64,000 bases of DNA. Origin: Gemmatimonadaceae bacterium. GTDB lineage: Bacteria; Gemmatimonadota; Gemmatimonadetes; Gemmatimonadales; Gemmatimonadaceae. How positions within the stretch are numbered: the first letter of the stretch is position 1; the number at the start of each line of letters is the position of its first letter. Shown in pieces: positions 20,549-32,879 of this stretch. The position numbers were made by a program, and so were the translations under genes. The stretch covers positions 832,001 to 896,000 of the forward strand of contig JBJMOW010000005.1 of the NCBI GenBank assembly GCA_045803545.1, read 5' to 3'. The notes under the pieces were generated by a model. That model was given only the letters and a program-made list of their open reading frames with translations. It did no database searches and was not told the origin of the DNA.

Positions 20549-21465
20549 CTAAGCAACCGCTCGGTGAAAACGAACCCGAGAAATACGATGCTGATCACGC
20601 CGTTCATCGTGAAAAAGGCCGCGTCGAGACGCGAGAAGTCGTCGACTTTGACCAGGGAATGCTCGTAAAGAAGCAGCGCCGCCGCTACGATCACACCGGC
20701 GAAGTAAACCATACCCGCGCTGGCTCCAATTCCGGCCAATGCCAGCGCGACGACGGTCGTCAAATGCAGCATGCGCGCGATTCCCAGCGCGTTGGCCTCG
20801 CCGAACGTCGATGGCACCGAGTACAAGCCATTCTCGCGATCGAACGAGACGTCCTGCAGTGCGTACAGAATGTCGAAGCCTGCGACCCAGGTCGCCACCG
20901 CGATCGCCAGCGCGATCAACATCCACCATGGACTGCTCCAGCGACCCGTAATCGCCAGGTATCCGCCAACTGGCGCGATCGAGAGACCAACGCCGAGCAC
21001 CAGGTGCGACCAGCGCGTGAAGCGTTTGGTGTAACTGTAGAACAGCACCCACGCCAGGGCTACCGGCGCGAGCATGAGGCACAACGGATTCAGCTGCCAG
21101 GCGGCAACGAAGAATACCGCCGACGCGACACTCACTGCGACCGATGCCTCGCGCACAGTCATCTTGCCCGACGGAATCTCCCTCATCCGGGTCCGGGGAT
21201 TTCGCGCATCGATCTCTCGGTCCACGATGCGATTGAATCCCATCGCCGCAAATCGGGCGGCGGTGAATGCAACGACGACCCACGCCACAGCACTGACCGT
21301 TATCGGCGCGACATAACTCGCGAGCACCACGCCGACAAGTGCAAACGGAAGCGCGAACAATGTGTGCGGCAACCGAACCAGATTAGCGTGACGGAGCAGC
21401 ATGCCGCGCCCTACGAAAGTCTGGCCCTCGCGCACCGAGACTGCCGGGTCTTTATCGCGGAGCAT
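20545..21465 (-). CDS. UbiA-family polyprenyltransferase (MqnP-like)
   Basis: HTLFALPFA, NRIVDREIDARNPRT, YSYTKRF, FDILYALQD. Confidence 0.92.
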   Translation of the reverse strand: MLRDKDPAVSVREGQTFVGRGMLLRHANLVRLPHTLFALPFALVGVVLASYVAPITVSAVAWVVVAFTAARFAAMGFNRIVDREIDARNPRTRMREIPSGKMTVREASVAVSVASAVFFVAAWQLNPLCLMLAPVALAWVLFYSYTKRFTRWSHLVLGVGLSIAPVGGYLAITGRWSSPWWMLIALAIAVATWVAGFDILYALQDVSFDRENGLYSVPSTFGEANALGIARMLHLTTVVALALAGIGASAGMVYFAGVIVAAALLLYEHSLVKVDDFSRLDAAFFTMNGVISIVFLGFVFTERLLR

Positions 21466-22969
21466 TCTTGTTGAACCGCTGCGCCCGATCGTCCGGACCT
21501 AGTCCCAGCTTCGACCACATTTCGTCAATCCGCCTTTTCGTTTCCGTATTCATCTCGATTACTTTCGGCCAGTTCCGCGTGAAGCCCTCTTCCGGCCATT
21601 TGCGCGTCGCATCAATTCCCATCTTCGAGCCATACGTGAATCCGCGGCTGGAATGGTCGAGCACATCGATCGGCCCCATCGAGAAGCGCGTGTCACGCTC
21701 CGGGTCGATATGGTTGAGCGCCACCCACCAGGCCTCCTGAACGTTCCGCACATTCACTTCCTTATCGAGCACCACGATCACTTTGGCCAACGACATCAAC
21801 CCCTGGCCCCACAGCGCATTCATCACCTTGTATGCCTGACCAGGATACTGCTTATCGATTGATACGAACACGAGGTTGTGAAAAATCCCCTCCGCCGGCA
21901 TGTGATAGTCGACGATCTCGGGCACGGTGAGCTTGAGCAGGGGCAGGAATATCCGCTCGGTAGCGTGACCCAGGTAATAGTCTTCCATTGGCGGGCGGCC
22001 GACAATCGTCGTCGCGTAAACCGGATTGCGACGCATGGTCACCGCCGATACGTGCACCTGCGGATAAAGATCCGCCTCTGAATAAAAACCGGTGTGATCG
22101 CCGAATGGTCCTTCGACTACCAGATCCTCCGCCGGATCGATGTAGCCCTCGATCACGAATTCCGCTTCAGTCGGAACCTCGAGATCGCATGTGACAGCCT
22201 TCGCCAACGGGACCGGAGACTTGCGGAGGAATCCGGCAAACAGAAACTCATCGATCGTCGGTGGCAGCGGCGCCGACGCCGCGTACACCGACGCCGGATC
22301 CGCGCCGATCGCGATCGCCACCGACATCTTTTCGCCCTTCTCCGCCATCTCGCGCCAATGCGCGGCACCCACTTTATGCCGCTGCCAGTGCATGGCAAGG
22401 GTGCGCGGACCGAGCACCTGCACGCGGTACATACCGACGTTTCGAATCCCGCGCTTTGGATCCTTCGAGATCACCATTGGCAGCGTGATGTAGGGACCGC
22501 CGTCCTCAGGCCAGCACGTAATGATCGGAAGGTTCGCTAAATCGATGTCGTCACCCTGCAACACGATCTCCTGACAGGCGGGCTTTCCACTTTTCACCCG
22601 CGGCGGAAACTTTCCGATCTCCAGCAAACGAGGCAGCATTGCCAGCTTGCCGATCAATCCTTCCGGGACCTTGAGATCGAGCATTTCGGTGATCCGTTCG
22701 CCAATCTCGTCGAGATTGTCCACGCCTAATGCGAGTGACATACGACGCATCGACCCGTAGAGATTGATCGCGACCGGGTATTTCGACCGCTCACCATTAT
22801 CGAGGATTACGTTCTCGAAATAGAGCGCCTTGCCGCCATCGGGCTGTTTCATGACGCGATCGGCAATCTCGGCGAGCTCGAGCCTTGCCTTTACCGGCTC
22901 GCTGATGCGCGCCAGCTCGCCGGCACGATCGATCGCCGACAGGAATTGCGAGATGTTGTCGAGACTCAC
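21452..22969 (-). CDS. ubiD: UbiD-family decarboxylase (menaquinone biosynthesis, MqnL-like)
   Basis: DGGPYIT, RNVGMYR, EGPFGDHTGFY, GRPPMED, KMGIDAT; GTG start overlaps ubiE stop. Confidence 0.92.
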   Translation of the reverse strand: MSLDNISQFLSAIDRAGELARISEPVKARLELAEIADRVMKQPDGGKALYFENVILDNGERSKYPVAINLYGSMRRMSLALGVDNLDEIGERITEMLDLKVPEGLIGKLAMLPRLLEIGKFPPRVKSGKPACQEIVLQGDDIDLANLPIITCWPEDGGPYITLPMVISKDPKRGIRNVGMYRVQVLGPRTLAMHWQRHKVGAAHWREMAEKGEKMSVAIAIGADPASVYAASAPLPPTIDEFLFAGFLRKSPVPLAKAVTCDLEVPTEAEFVIEGYIDPAEDLVVEGPFGDHTGFYSEADLYPQVHVSAVTMRRNPVYATTIVGRPPMEDYYLGHATERIFLPLLKLTVPEIVDYHMPAEGIFHNLVFVSIDKQYPGQAYKVMNALWGQGLMSLAKVIVVLDKEVNVRNVQEAWWVALNHIDPERDTRFSMGPIDVLDHSSRGFTYGSKMGIDATRKWPEEGFTRNWPKVIEMNTETKRRIDEMWSKLGLGPDDRAQRFNKNAPR

Positions 22970-23736
22970 TTCGATACCAGTGCGTTGATCGGCCGCTCGC
23001 CAACGTGAATTGCAGCAATACCGAGCGAGAGACTGGACCAACTCACTTTGGCGAAGCCCGCACGCTGCATTCGGGTAGCCAGATCCTCCTCGACCGGAAA
23101 ATTTGCCACCGAGCGCGGCAGGTAGCTGTAAGCCGTCGAATGACCGCTGATCAAACCGCCGATCCGCGGCAGGACGTGCTGGAAATAGAAGTTGTATGCC
23201 GCACGCAGCAGCGGCGTTCGCGGGGTCGAGAATTCGAGTATGACGAATCGCCCCCCGGGAACCAGCACTCTGAACGCTTCGCGCAGCGCGGCGTCCAGAC
23301 CCGCGACGTTTCGAATCCCAAAAGCAACGATCGCTCCGGCGAGCTTTCCCGAAGGCAACGGTAGCTGGAGTGCGTCCGCTGTCACCGGAACCACTTTCCT
23401 TCCGTTCACCTTGCCCTTCCCCGCCCTCAACATCGGCTCTGCGAAGTCTGCTCCTATAACTGCGCCGACAAATCCGGGGAGCATCGCTATTTGCTGCGCG
23501 ACATCCAGAGTTCCCGCGCAAAGATCGAGATAATTACCAGACTTGTCGCGCTCGACGGCAAGCGAAGCGATGGCTTTACGTCGCCATCGCTTGTCGATAT
23601 TGAGACTGAGAAGGTGATTGAGGAGGTCGTAGCGCGGAGCGATCTCAGAGAAGATCTGCTTTACGTACTCGCGCTTCTCCGCACCACCGGCAGCGGCGGC
23701 ACTGGCGGTCGCCCTGTCGATGTCAGTTGCCAGCAT
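22966..23736 (-). CDS. ubiE: Ubiquinone/menaquinone C-methyltransferase UbiE/MenG
   Basis: FSEIAPRYDLLN, LDLCAGT, AFGIRNV, YSYLPRSV. Confidence 0.92.
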   Translation of the reverse strand: MLATDIDRATASAAAAGGAEKREYVKQIFSEIAPRYDLLNHLLSLNIDKRWRRKAIASLAVERDKSGNYLDLCAGTLDVAQQIAMLPGFVGAVIGADFAEPMLRAGKGKVNGRKVVPVTADALQLPLPSGKLAGAIVAFGIRNVAGLDAALREAFRVLVPGGRFVILEFSTPRTPLLRAAYNFYFQHVLPRIGGLISGHSTAYSYLPRSVANFPVEEDLATRMQRAGFAKVSWSSLSLGIAAIHVGERPINALVSK

Positions 23737-23797
23737 TGCTCGAAAGTTGACCGGCAACGAGTCGTGGGGCAAGCTATCTTTGGAGCGCGTGCCAAGC

Positions 23798-24394
23798 ATG
23801 CCAGCACGGTCCTATACCGACGTTTCCGACCAACAGGTCGTTGTTTTTGCCCAGGAAGGGCGCGAGGACGCCTACCGTGAGCTAATCAAGCGGTACGAGC
23901 GCCCCGTGTTCTCGCTCATCTATCGCATGGTGCGCGATCGCGAGACGTCCGAAGACCTGTCGCAGGAAACCTTTATCAAGGTCCTCAACAACATCGATCG
24001 TTATCGGCCAGAGTTCAAATTCTCCAGCTGGCTGTTTAAGATCGCCAACAACATCACGATCGATTACCTACGCCGCCGGCATGTGGACACGGTGAGCATC
24101 GAGGGTGCCCCCGATGCGGTCACCGCCGAGCGGGCGCGCGCGACTGCGGTTACTGTGACGAGCGGCGGCGAATCGCCGCTCGAGGAACTCGAATCACGCG
24201 AGCTCGGCACCCAAATCGAGAAGGCAATCGCGAAGCTGAGACCCGAGTACCGGGCCTGCATAATCCTGCGTCACGTCGAGGATTATTCATATGACGAAAT
24301 CGCCGAAATCGTGAAGCTCCCGCTAGGCACGGTTAAGACCTACATCCACCGCGCCAGGCAGGAATTGAGGGAGTATTTGGCGGACCTCAAATGA
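23798..24394 (+). CDS. ECF RNA polymerase sigma factor (SigW/SigE-like)
   Basis: EDLSQETFIK, FSSWLFKIANN (region 2); SYDEIAEIVKLPLGTVKTYIHRAR (region 4); start uncertain. Confidence 0.92.
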   Translation: MPARSYTDVSDQQVVVFAQEGREDAYRELIKRYERPVFSLIYRMVRDRETSEDLSQETFIKVLNNIDRYRPEFKFSSWLFKIANNITIDYLRRRHVDTVSIEGAPDAVTAERARATAVTVTSGGESPLEELESRELGTQIEKAIAKLRPEYRACIILRHVEDYSYDEIAEIVKLPLGTVKTYIHRARQELREYLADLK

Positions 24395-24490
24395 GGGACG
24401 CGAGGGGCGGGCAGGCGGGAGGCGCAGGGTCGGAAAAAGGTTCCTTTTTTCGCATTCCCCGCCTCTCCCCTCTCGCCTCCCGCCTCCTCT
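24395..24490. repeat. G-rich/C-rich palindromic heptamer-type repeat with central hairpin; possible terminator
   Basis: GGCGGGAGGCG arm, CGGAAAAAGG-TT-CCTTTTTTCG core, CGCCTCCCGCC arm. Confidence 0.65.
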
Positions 24491-24522
24491 GTTATTCCAG
24501 GCAAATATTTTGACAAAAACCC

Positions 24523-24550
24523 TGAAACCAACCCCGTACCGAGCCCGTAA
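24523..24550 (+). promoter_or_regulatory. Putative ECF-sigma promoter TGAAAC-N17-CGTAA
   Basis: Resembles B. subtilis SigW consensus TGAAAC-N16-CGTA; lies 20 nt upstream of the gene following the sigma factor. Confidence 0.5.
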
Positions 24551-24569
24551 GCTCTGACGTGAGGCACAC

Positions 24570-25088
24570 ATGATCGAGCACGACTTCGACGAGGAATTTG
24601 TACCCATTGCGGCCGAGCTGCAGCGACTGCCGTATATGTCGCCATCTCGGGACTTTGCCGATCGTGTGATCGCCGGGATCGATCGTTTGCAGCCCGCCAT
24701 GGATGCAAAGTCCATGGTAGCCTCCAGGCATCATTTGGAGCTGCACCGTGGCGGGCAAGCCGTCGCTCAGCGTCGCCCGATGGGAGTCGCCCGGGCTACG
24801 GGAACCGCCGTCGTTGGCGTCGCCTTCATCGCCGCGGCCGCGTTCATGTTCTTCGAAGTCGACGTGCTCACCGCGATGATGAGCGCCGCGGTCAGCCAGT
24901 ATGCCTTCACAATCGCCGCGGTCGGAACGCAGCTGGGCGCTTTGGTGCTCGGCGCTGACACGATCGCTTACCTGCAGGCCGGTGCCGTTCAGGCGATGCT
25001 CCTCTACATGGCGCTGTTCGTCGGACTGGTGAGCGGATACGCGGGTATCCGCACGGCCGCACAAATCGCCAAACGAAAGGCCGCCTGA
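24570..25088 (+). CDS. Membrane protein, putative anti-sigma-factor-like
   Basis: LQRLPYMSPSRDFADRVI motif (anti-sigma-linker-like) then transmembrane (TM) helices; follows ECF sigma gene. Confidence 0.6.
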   Translation: MIEHDFDEEFVPIAAELQRLPYMSPSRDFADRVIAGIDRLQPAMDAKSMVASRHHLELHRGGQAVAQRRPMGVARATGTAVVGVAFIAAAAFMFFEVDVLTAMMSAAVSQYAFTIAAVGTQLGALVLGADTIAYLQAGAVQAMLLYMALFVGLVSGYAGIRTAAQIAKRKAA

Positions 25089-25089
25089 C

Positions 25090-26040
25090 GTGAACAAGAT
25101 TCTGATTCCCGCTTACTGCATAATGGCGCTCGCCACTGCACACCAGGCGAGCGCGCAGGATGGTCGCAGCGTTCGACTGGCGGGGCTCAGAAAGTACGCG
25201 CAGGTAGTCACTGGCGATTACACGATCCCAGCCGGCGCCAGCACGTCGGGCTCGGTGATGGTATTGCGCGGCAATCTCGACATCTATGGCAACGTCGATG
25301 GCGCCGCGACCGCGGTGCTTGGCGACGTTGTGGTCCACGACGGGGGCCGAGTCCGAGGCGGCGCCGTCGCGCTCGGTGGGCGAGTAGTGAATGAAGGTGG
25401 CTCGATCATGGGTGTGGTCAAGGAAGTTGGTCCGACCCACAACAGATCGACCGTCAGCTTCGGCGGCCGACCGCGCACCACACTTGGCTCGTTGATCTCC
25501 GCGTTCATATGGCTCCTCGTGCTGCTGCTCGTCGGCACCATCGTCGCGCTTTACATGCGTGACTACTTCAAGCGCACGGTCGAAGTTGTCACCAACGAGA
25601 GCGGCAAGTCCCTGCTCGCCGGAATCCTTGGCGGATTGATTTCGATTCCGGCGCTCGTCGCGATCGTCGTTGCATTCGCGATTACCATCATCGGCGTCTT
25701 CTTCATTCCAATTGGCGTCGCTGCATTTCTGATTGCGATCTCCGGAATCGCGATGCTCGGATTCCTCGCCGTCGCTCAGGTGACCGGAATCGCGATCGCC
25801 GGCAAGCGGGCGGCAGAGACGCCAGCGGGTCAGGAGCTGCAGTTCCTCTACACGGGTATCATCGCATTCAGTGCGCTGTGGATCATCGCCGCCGTATTCA
25901 CGTGGTTCCCGGTGCTCGGCACGATCCTGCGGATGTTCGCCTTCTCGGTCACCCTCGTCGCCGTGGCAACCGGGTTCGGCGCGGTCATACTGACACTGTG
26001 GCGCACTCGCGCCAGGAAAAACTCAGTAGCAACGGCCTGA
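25090..26040 (+). CDS. Membrane protein with short beta-helix (polymer-forming/bactofilin-like) repeats and multi-TM C-terminus
   Basis: GSVMVLRGNLDIYGNVDGAATAVLGDVVV repeats; about 5 TM segments. Confidence 0.65.
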   Translation: MNKILIPAYCIMALATAHQASAQDGRSVRLAGLRKYAQVVTGDYTIPAGASTSGSVMVLRGNLDIYGNVDGAATAVLGDVVVHDGGRVRGGAVALGGRVVNEGGSIMGVVKEVGPTHNRSTVSFGGRPRTTLGSLISAFIWLLVLLLVGTIVALYMRDYFKRTVEVVTNESGKSLLAGILGGLISIPALVAIVVAFAITIIGVFFIPIGVAAFLIAISGIAMLGFLAVAQVTGIAIAGKRAAETPAGQELQFLYTGIIAFSALWIIAAVFTWFPVLGTILRMFAFSVTLVAVATGFGAVILTLWRTRARKNSVATA

Positions 26041-26071
26041 ATGGCCTGACGCTTGCCGCCGCTGTGAGCCC

Positions 26072-26992
26072 ATGGTCATCCTGGGCTACCGAGCCGGAGC
26101 ATTACTAAAGAAGACCTGGAAAGAGACTCTCGAGGATAACGTCCTCGGTATCGCGTCTCAGGTCGCATACAACTTCTTCTTCTCGCTTTTCCCGCTTCTC
26201 CTCTTCCTCGCGCCGATGCTGAGTTTGCTCGGCGCCAAGCGGACGGTCGTGTCGGATCTGTTGAGCCGCTTCTCCGAATTCATGCCGGCCCCGGCGTTCG
26301 CGCTCTTCTCAAAAGTCGTGACGGATATCGTGTTCGCGCAGAACGCGCCTGGCTTGATCTCGCTCGGATTCGTGCTCGCGATATGGTCCGGTTCCAACAT
26401 CTTTACGACTTTCATGGATGCGCTCGACACCGCGTACGACGTAACGGATCCGCGACCGTGGTGGAAAAAGCGGCTGATCGCGATCGCGGTGATGTTCGGC
26501 TGGGCAATCATCATCACGCTGGTGACCGGAATCCTGCTGGCCGGCGACACCATCATCGGATTCATGCGCGACCGACTGGGAATGGGGAGCGCCTCCCTTA
26601 CAGTCTGGGCGTGGCTGCAATTCCCGTTGGCGATTGTGCTGCTGGTGTCGTTTCTATTCCTGATGTATTGGGCGCTGCCCTATGTCAAACAGGACAAAAC
26701 GCAGATACTGGTCGGATCGGTCGCCGCGGCGATTCTATTTATCGTGGCGACGCTCGTCTTTCGATTGTACGTCCAGCATTTCCCGCCCAACAAGACCTAC
26801 GGGACCATCGGAGCCGTGATGGTGTTGCTGACCTGGATGTACGTGATCTCGGTTGTGATTCTGATTGGTGGCGAGCTCAACTCAGAGCTGCACCTCGGAA
26901 CCGGATCAGTTGCCTCAAAGAAGGGCAGCGTTTACGCGGGCCGAATCGCCAGCGGGGAGCAGCCCGCTCAGTCGTCGAGCAAGATCGATTAG
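26072..26992 (+). CDS. YihY/BrkB family membrane protein
   Basis: AYNFFFSLFP, TYGTIGAVMVLLTWMY, GGELN. Confidence 0.9.
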   Translation: MVILGYRAGALLKKTWKETLEDNVLGIASQVAYNFFFSLFPLLLFLAPMLSLLGAKRTVVSDLLSRFSEFMPAPAFALFSKVVTDIVFAQNAPGLISLGFVLAIWSGSNIFTTFMDALDTAYDVTDPRPWWKKRLIAIAVMFGWAIIITLVTGILLAGDTIIGFMRDRLGMGSASLTVWAWLQFPLAIVLLVSFLFLMYWALPYVKQDKTQILVGSVAAAILFIVATLVFRLYVQHFPPNKTYGTIGAVMVLLTWMYVISVVILIGGELNSELHLGTGSVASKKGSVYAGRIASGEQPAQSSSKID

Positions 26993-28099
26993 CGCTTTGG
27001 CAGCGTCGGCATTCGGATCCGAGACAACTATCGGCTCCCCGCGGTCGCCACCCTGAAGCACTCCCGGGAAGAACGGAATCTGGCCAAGCACGGCAACGCC
27101 GAGCTCCTCGGAGAGTCGCTTGCCCCCGCCTTCGCCGAAGATGAAGTGGCGCTGTTCGCAGTGCGGGCAGATGAAGTAGCTCATGTTCTCGACAACGCCG
27201 AGCACCGGTACCGCCACTCGCTCGAACATTTTGGCGCCGCGAAGCGCATCGCCTGACGCAACTTCCTGCGGCGTGGTGACGATGATCGCGGCGTGCACCA
27301 TCGTCGCCTGCACCAGCGACAGCTGCGCGTCTCCTGTCCCTGGCGGCATGTCGACGAGGAAGTAGTCGAGCTCGCCCCATTGCACGTCGCGCAGAAACTG
27401 GGTGATGATCTTCATGATGATCGGCCCGCGCCAGATTGCCGGCTGATCGCGCTCGATCATGAAGCCGAGGCTCATGATTTTGACGCCGTGCGCCTGAAGC
27501 GGGATGATTTTTTCATTTGCGACCGGCGGCGCGGCGTTGATGCCCATCATGCGCGGGATGTTCGGCCCGTAGATATCCGCGTCCATCAGGCCGACGCGTG
27601 CGCCTTGCTGGGCGAGGGCTACAGCGAGGTTGGCGGCCACAGTCGATTTGCCGACGCCACCCTTTCCGCTGGAGACAGCGATGATGTTGCCTAGGTGCGG
27701 ATAGGCGACGGGCGTCGGTGCGGGAACGCCGGCGCGCTTCGACTGGGGTTCCTGTCCCATCACTGGCAAGGCACGCGGCGCCGGTTTCGGAGCGGCGTGC
27801 TGCACACGAGTGTTGTCCGGCTGGGCGATTATTGGAGAGCGTTGAGTGGTGGCCTGCGATGCGTCCTTCACATCAACGCGCACGTCCGTCACGCCGGGTA
27901 CCTGCTGCAGCGTTTGTCTAACCTCGCGCACCACTGTCGCGTCGTCATCGGCAGAGAGAAAGAGACTGAGTCGGACTTTGCCGTCAGTGGTTGTCGCGAT
28001 GTCGCGCACCATTTCCGCTTCGAGGACGTTGGCGCCGACGCGGTTATTCCGGATGCGTGAGAGCGCGTCCGTGATACGTTCCTGAAGGTTCAGGCTCAT
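26915..28099 (-). CDS. apbC: Mrp/NBP35 (ApbC) Fe-S carrier ATPase
   Basis: SGKGGVGKST, DADIYGP, DMPPGTGD, ENMS..CPHC. Confidence 0.93.
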   Translation of the reverse strand: MSLNLQERITDALSRIRNNRVGANVLEAEMVRDIATTTDGKVRLSLFLSADDDATVVREVRQTLQQVPGVTDVRVDVKDASQATTQRSPIIAQPDNTRVQHAAPKPAPRALPVMGQEPQSKRAGVPAPTPVAYPHLGNIIAVSSGKGGVGKSTVAANLAVALAQQGARVGLMDADIYGPNIPRMMGINAAPPVANEKIIPLQAHGVKIMSLGFMIERDQPAIWRGPIIMKIITQFLRDVQWGELDYFLVDMPPGTGDAQLSLVQATMVHAAIIVTTPQEVASGDALRGAKMFERVAVPVLGVVENMSYFICPHCEQRHFIFGEGGGKRLSEELGVAVLGQIPFFPGVLQGGDRGEPIVVSDPNADAAKALIDLARRLSGLLPAGDSARVNAALL

Positions 28100-28377
28100 G
28101 CTGTCGAGTCGACGTTTGCGACGACGAACTTGAGCTCGGTGATACGTCGTTTGAGCTGGACTTCGATGCCTTGCATGAACGTCACGACGGACGCGTTGCA
28201 GTCCTGGCAGCCGCCGGTGACGTGAAGGATCGCAGTACCGGTGGCGGGATCGAATCCATCGAGCTCGATTGCGCAGTCGTCGATGCGGAGGATCGGCAGT
28301 ATCTCAGCGAGACCGCGACGGATGTCGTGCTCTATATCAGCCTGCGGCCGACCTCGTTTGCGGCGAAGAACGCTCAT
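28096..28377 (-). CDS. NifU C-terminal (Nfu-type) domain protein
   Basis: GGCQDC CxxC and GIE motifs; ATGA-coupled to Mrp gene. Confidence 0.8.
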   Translation of the reverse strand: MSVLRRKRGRPQADIEHDIRRGLAEILPILRIDDCAIELDGFDPATGTAILHVTGGCQDCNASVVTFMQGIEVQLKRRITELKFVVANVDSTA

Positions 28378-28416
28378 GACGGCAAGTTAGATGGGAGCCA
28401 TCGGAGTTGCTACCGT

Positions 28417-29469
28417 TCAGGCCGCGCCTTCACCCGCCGGATCTTCGTCCTTGTCGTGCATGGCGAGAAACTCACGCGCCGCAGAAACGACTTTCTTCTG
28501 CACTGCTTCGAGACTGCCCTCGATCAGGGCCCCTGCCGCGCGCGCGTGACCGCCGCCGTCGAACTGACGCGCGAACGTATTAACGTCGACATCGCCGGTG
28601 CTGCGGAACGAAACCTTCACTTTTTCGTGGCCGAGATCCCGGAAAAAGAGTGCCAGCCTCGTTCCACCGATGGAGCGCGGATGCTCGGCGATTCCCTCGA
28701 GATCTTCGGACTTGAGGCCATACTGCTCGGCGGCGCCCGCGGCAACCGAGATCCACGAAATGCCGTACTCGGGATCGACCTCGAGCGTCGCCAGCGCGTC
28801 GCGCAAAAGATGCAATCGACCAACCGGCATCGATGCGTAGAGCCGGCCGTACATCTCCTCCGGCTCGACACCCGACGCGATCAACTGACCGGCGATGCTC
28901 AGGCAGCGCGCAGTGGTGTTGCTGAAGCGGAAACCGCCCGTGTCGGTCAGTAAAGCGACGTAAAGCGACCGCGCGATATCGGGCGTCAGCTCGAGGCCGA
29001 CGCACGTCGCGAAATCGTAAATGAGCTCCCCCGTCGCGCACGCCGCGGTATCAGCCAGCAACAGCTTGCTGGGCGGCTCGTCGCTTGGCAAATGATGATC
29101 GATCACCAGCTTCGGAATCGTCAGGCGCCGCACCGCCTCGGCAAGCACACCGAGCCTCTTTACATCCGAGATGTCGAGCACGACCAGCACATCGGCTTCC
29201 TTGAGTGCCTTGGCGCCCATGTCACTCGCGTCGCGGACGTCATCGCCGAGCAGGAACTTGTACATGTCCGGCCACGGTGTCGGGTTGACGATTCGAGACC
29301 GAATTCCCATCTGACCGAGCAGTCGGGCGAGCGCGGTCTCTGAACCGCAGCCGTCGCCGTCGGCATTGATGTGAGTAGATATTGCGACAGAGCGTCCCGC
29401 GCGGAGCTCCTGCGCGAGACGCTCGATCGACTCCCGTCGCTGCTGGGGAACGGCTAGGAGATCAAGCAC
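28417..29469 (-). CDS. nrnA: DHH family phosphoesterase (NrnA-like oligoribonuclease/pAp phosphatase)
   Basis: [32 protein letters not shown]. Confidence 0.88.
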   Translation of the reverse strand: MLDLLAVPQQRRESIERLAQELRAGRSVAISTHINADGDGCGSETALARLLGQMGIRSRIVNPTPWPDMYKFLLGDDVRDASDMGAKALKEADVLVVLDISDVKRLGVLAEAVRRLTIPKLVIDHHLPSDEPPSKLLLADTAACATGELIYDFATCVGLELTPDIARSLYVALLTDTGGFRFSNTTARCLSIAGQLIASGVEPEEMYGRLYASMPVGRLHLLRDALATLEVDPEYGISWISVAAGAAEQYGLKSEDLEGIAEHPRSIGGTRLALFFRDLGHEKVKVSFRSTGDVDVNTFARQFDGGGHARAAGALIEGSLEAVQKKVVSAAREFLAMHDKDEDPAGEGAA

Positions 29470-30967
29470 TGCCTTCCGCTTGCGCAAGCTTCGAATTCTT
29501 GCGGCTGTACGTGAAGTAAATGACGAAACCGAGGATCATCCAGTAGATCAGTCGCTCCCAGGTCGCAGCCGGCAGGCTGTACATCATGTAGCCGCAAATG
29601 AGGATGCCCAGGATCGGAACCAGTGGGACGAGCGGCGTACGGAACGGACGCGCCAGATTCGGCGACTTGTAGCGCAGCGCGATGACGCCGGCGCACACGA
29701 TGACGAAGGCCAACAGCGTGCCGATCGAGACCAGCTCGCCGAGCAGGCCGATTGGGAACAGACCGGCCATCACCGCCGCGACGATACCGGTGAGAATCGT
29801 CGTCACGTACGGAGTCTTGAACCGCGGGTGGACTTTGCCGAATACCGGCGGCAGCAGACCGTCACGCGCCATCGAGTAGAACACGCGCGGCTGTCCCATC
29901 AACATCACCAGCACCACTGACGCGAGTCCGGCGATCGCACCGATGTTGATGATCGAAGCGAGCCACGCCAGCGCTGGTCCAGCCTTGTCGATCGCGACGA
30001 ACACCGGGTGTGGAACGTCGAGGTCTTTGTAGTTCGCCAGTCCCGTCATCACCAGCGACATCAGGATGTAGAGCACGGTACATATACCCAGCGAAGCGAG
30101 AATCCCGATCGGCATATCCTTCTGGGGGTTTTTGGCCTCCTGCGCCGCCGTCGACACCGCGTCGAATCCGATATAGGCGAAGAAGACTACAGCGGCGCCG
30201 CGCACAATCCCGCTCCAGCCGTAGTGTCCCCTCTCACCGGTGTTAGCGGGCAGGAATGGATGCCAGTTCGCCTGATTTACGTACATGAAACCGAAGCCGA
30301 TCACCAGCAGAACGATTGCGACCTTGAGAATGACGATGAAGTTGTTGAAGCGCGCCGACTCTTTGATTCCAATCACCAGCAGCGTGGTCATCAGGGCAAT
30401 GATGAAGACCGCGGGAAGATTTACGACGGCGCCAGGAACGTGGGAGAAACCAGCTGGATGAAGAACGGCCTGCGTAACCGGATCGAGCTCCGGCGCATCG
30501 GCGTAGTAGTAGGGCGCGCTGGTAAACGCCGTTGACATTTTTATTCCTATTTGCTGCATGAACGCGTCGAAGTATCCTGACCAACCCACCGCCACCGTCG
30601 ACGCTCCGAACAGATACTCGAGGATAAGATCCCAGCCGATGATCCAGGCGACGAATTCGCCGAGCGTCGCGTAGCCGTAGGTGTAAGCGCTGCCGGCGAC
30701 CGGAATCATGCTCGCGAATTCGGCGTAGCAGAGTCCCGCGAAAAGGCATCCCAAACCGGATACAATGAACGAGAGAACGATGGCGGGACCGGCGTACTTG
30801 GCCGCCGCGGTTCCCGTCAGGACGAAAATTCCGGCGCCGATGATGGCGCCGATTCCCAGCGTCGTAAGGTTCAGCGCGCCAAGAGCGCGTCGAAGGGTGT
30901 GCGCCTCGCCTTCGCCTGCCGCTTCCTGCTGCAGTACGGCGATGCTCTTCTTCGTCCCTAAGCCCAT
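29462..30967 (-). CDS. APC-family amino acid permease
   Basis: [30 protein letters not shown]. Confidence 0.93.
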   Translation of the reverse strand: MGLGTKKSIAVLQQEAAGEGEAHTLRRALGALNLTTLGIGAIIGAGIFVLTGTAAAKYAGPAIVLSFIVSGLGCLFAGLCYAEFASMIPVAGSAYTYGYATLGEFVAWIIGWDLILEYLFGASTVAVGWSGYFDAFMQQIGIKMSTAFTSAPYYYADAPELDPVTQAVLHPAGFSHVPGAVVNLPAVFIIALMTTLLVIGIKESARFNNFIVILKVAIVLLVIGFGFMYVNQANWHPFLPANTGERGHYGWSGIVRGAAVVFFAYIGFDAVSTAAQEAKNPQKDMPIGILASLGICTVLYILMSLVMTGLANYKDLDVPHPVFVAIDKAGPALAWLASIINIGAIAGLASVVLVMLMGQPRVFYSMARDGLLPPVFGKVHPRFKTPYVTTILTGIVAAVMAGLFPIGLLGELVSIGTLLAFVIVCAGVIALRYKSPNLARPFRTPLVPLVPILGILICGYMMYSLPAATWERLIYWMILGFVIYFTYSRKNSKLAQAEGSA

Positions 30968-31072
30968 TAGAAAGCTCCGAAATCGTTGGGTGTTTGACGC
31001 GCGAACACGAACTTCGACACTGCAACGCCGCCAGAAGTTGTGGCGGCGTGAGAAAACCTGTCAAGCGAATCG

Positions 31073-32877
<1,805 letters not shown>

Positions 32878-32879
<2 letters not shown>

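Noticed and set aside
22970..23521. Long N-terminal extension of UbiD in the ORF track (similar extensions at 58321, 17894, 18687, 35907, 8724)
   Set aside because: The extensions overlap neighbouring real genes and lack family motifs. Downstream starts with stop/start overlaps or family-typical N-termini fit better.
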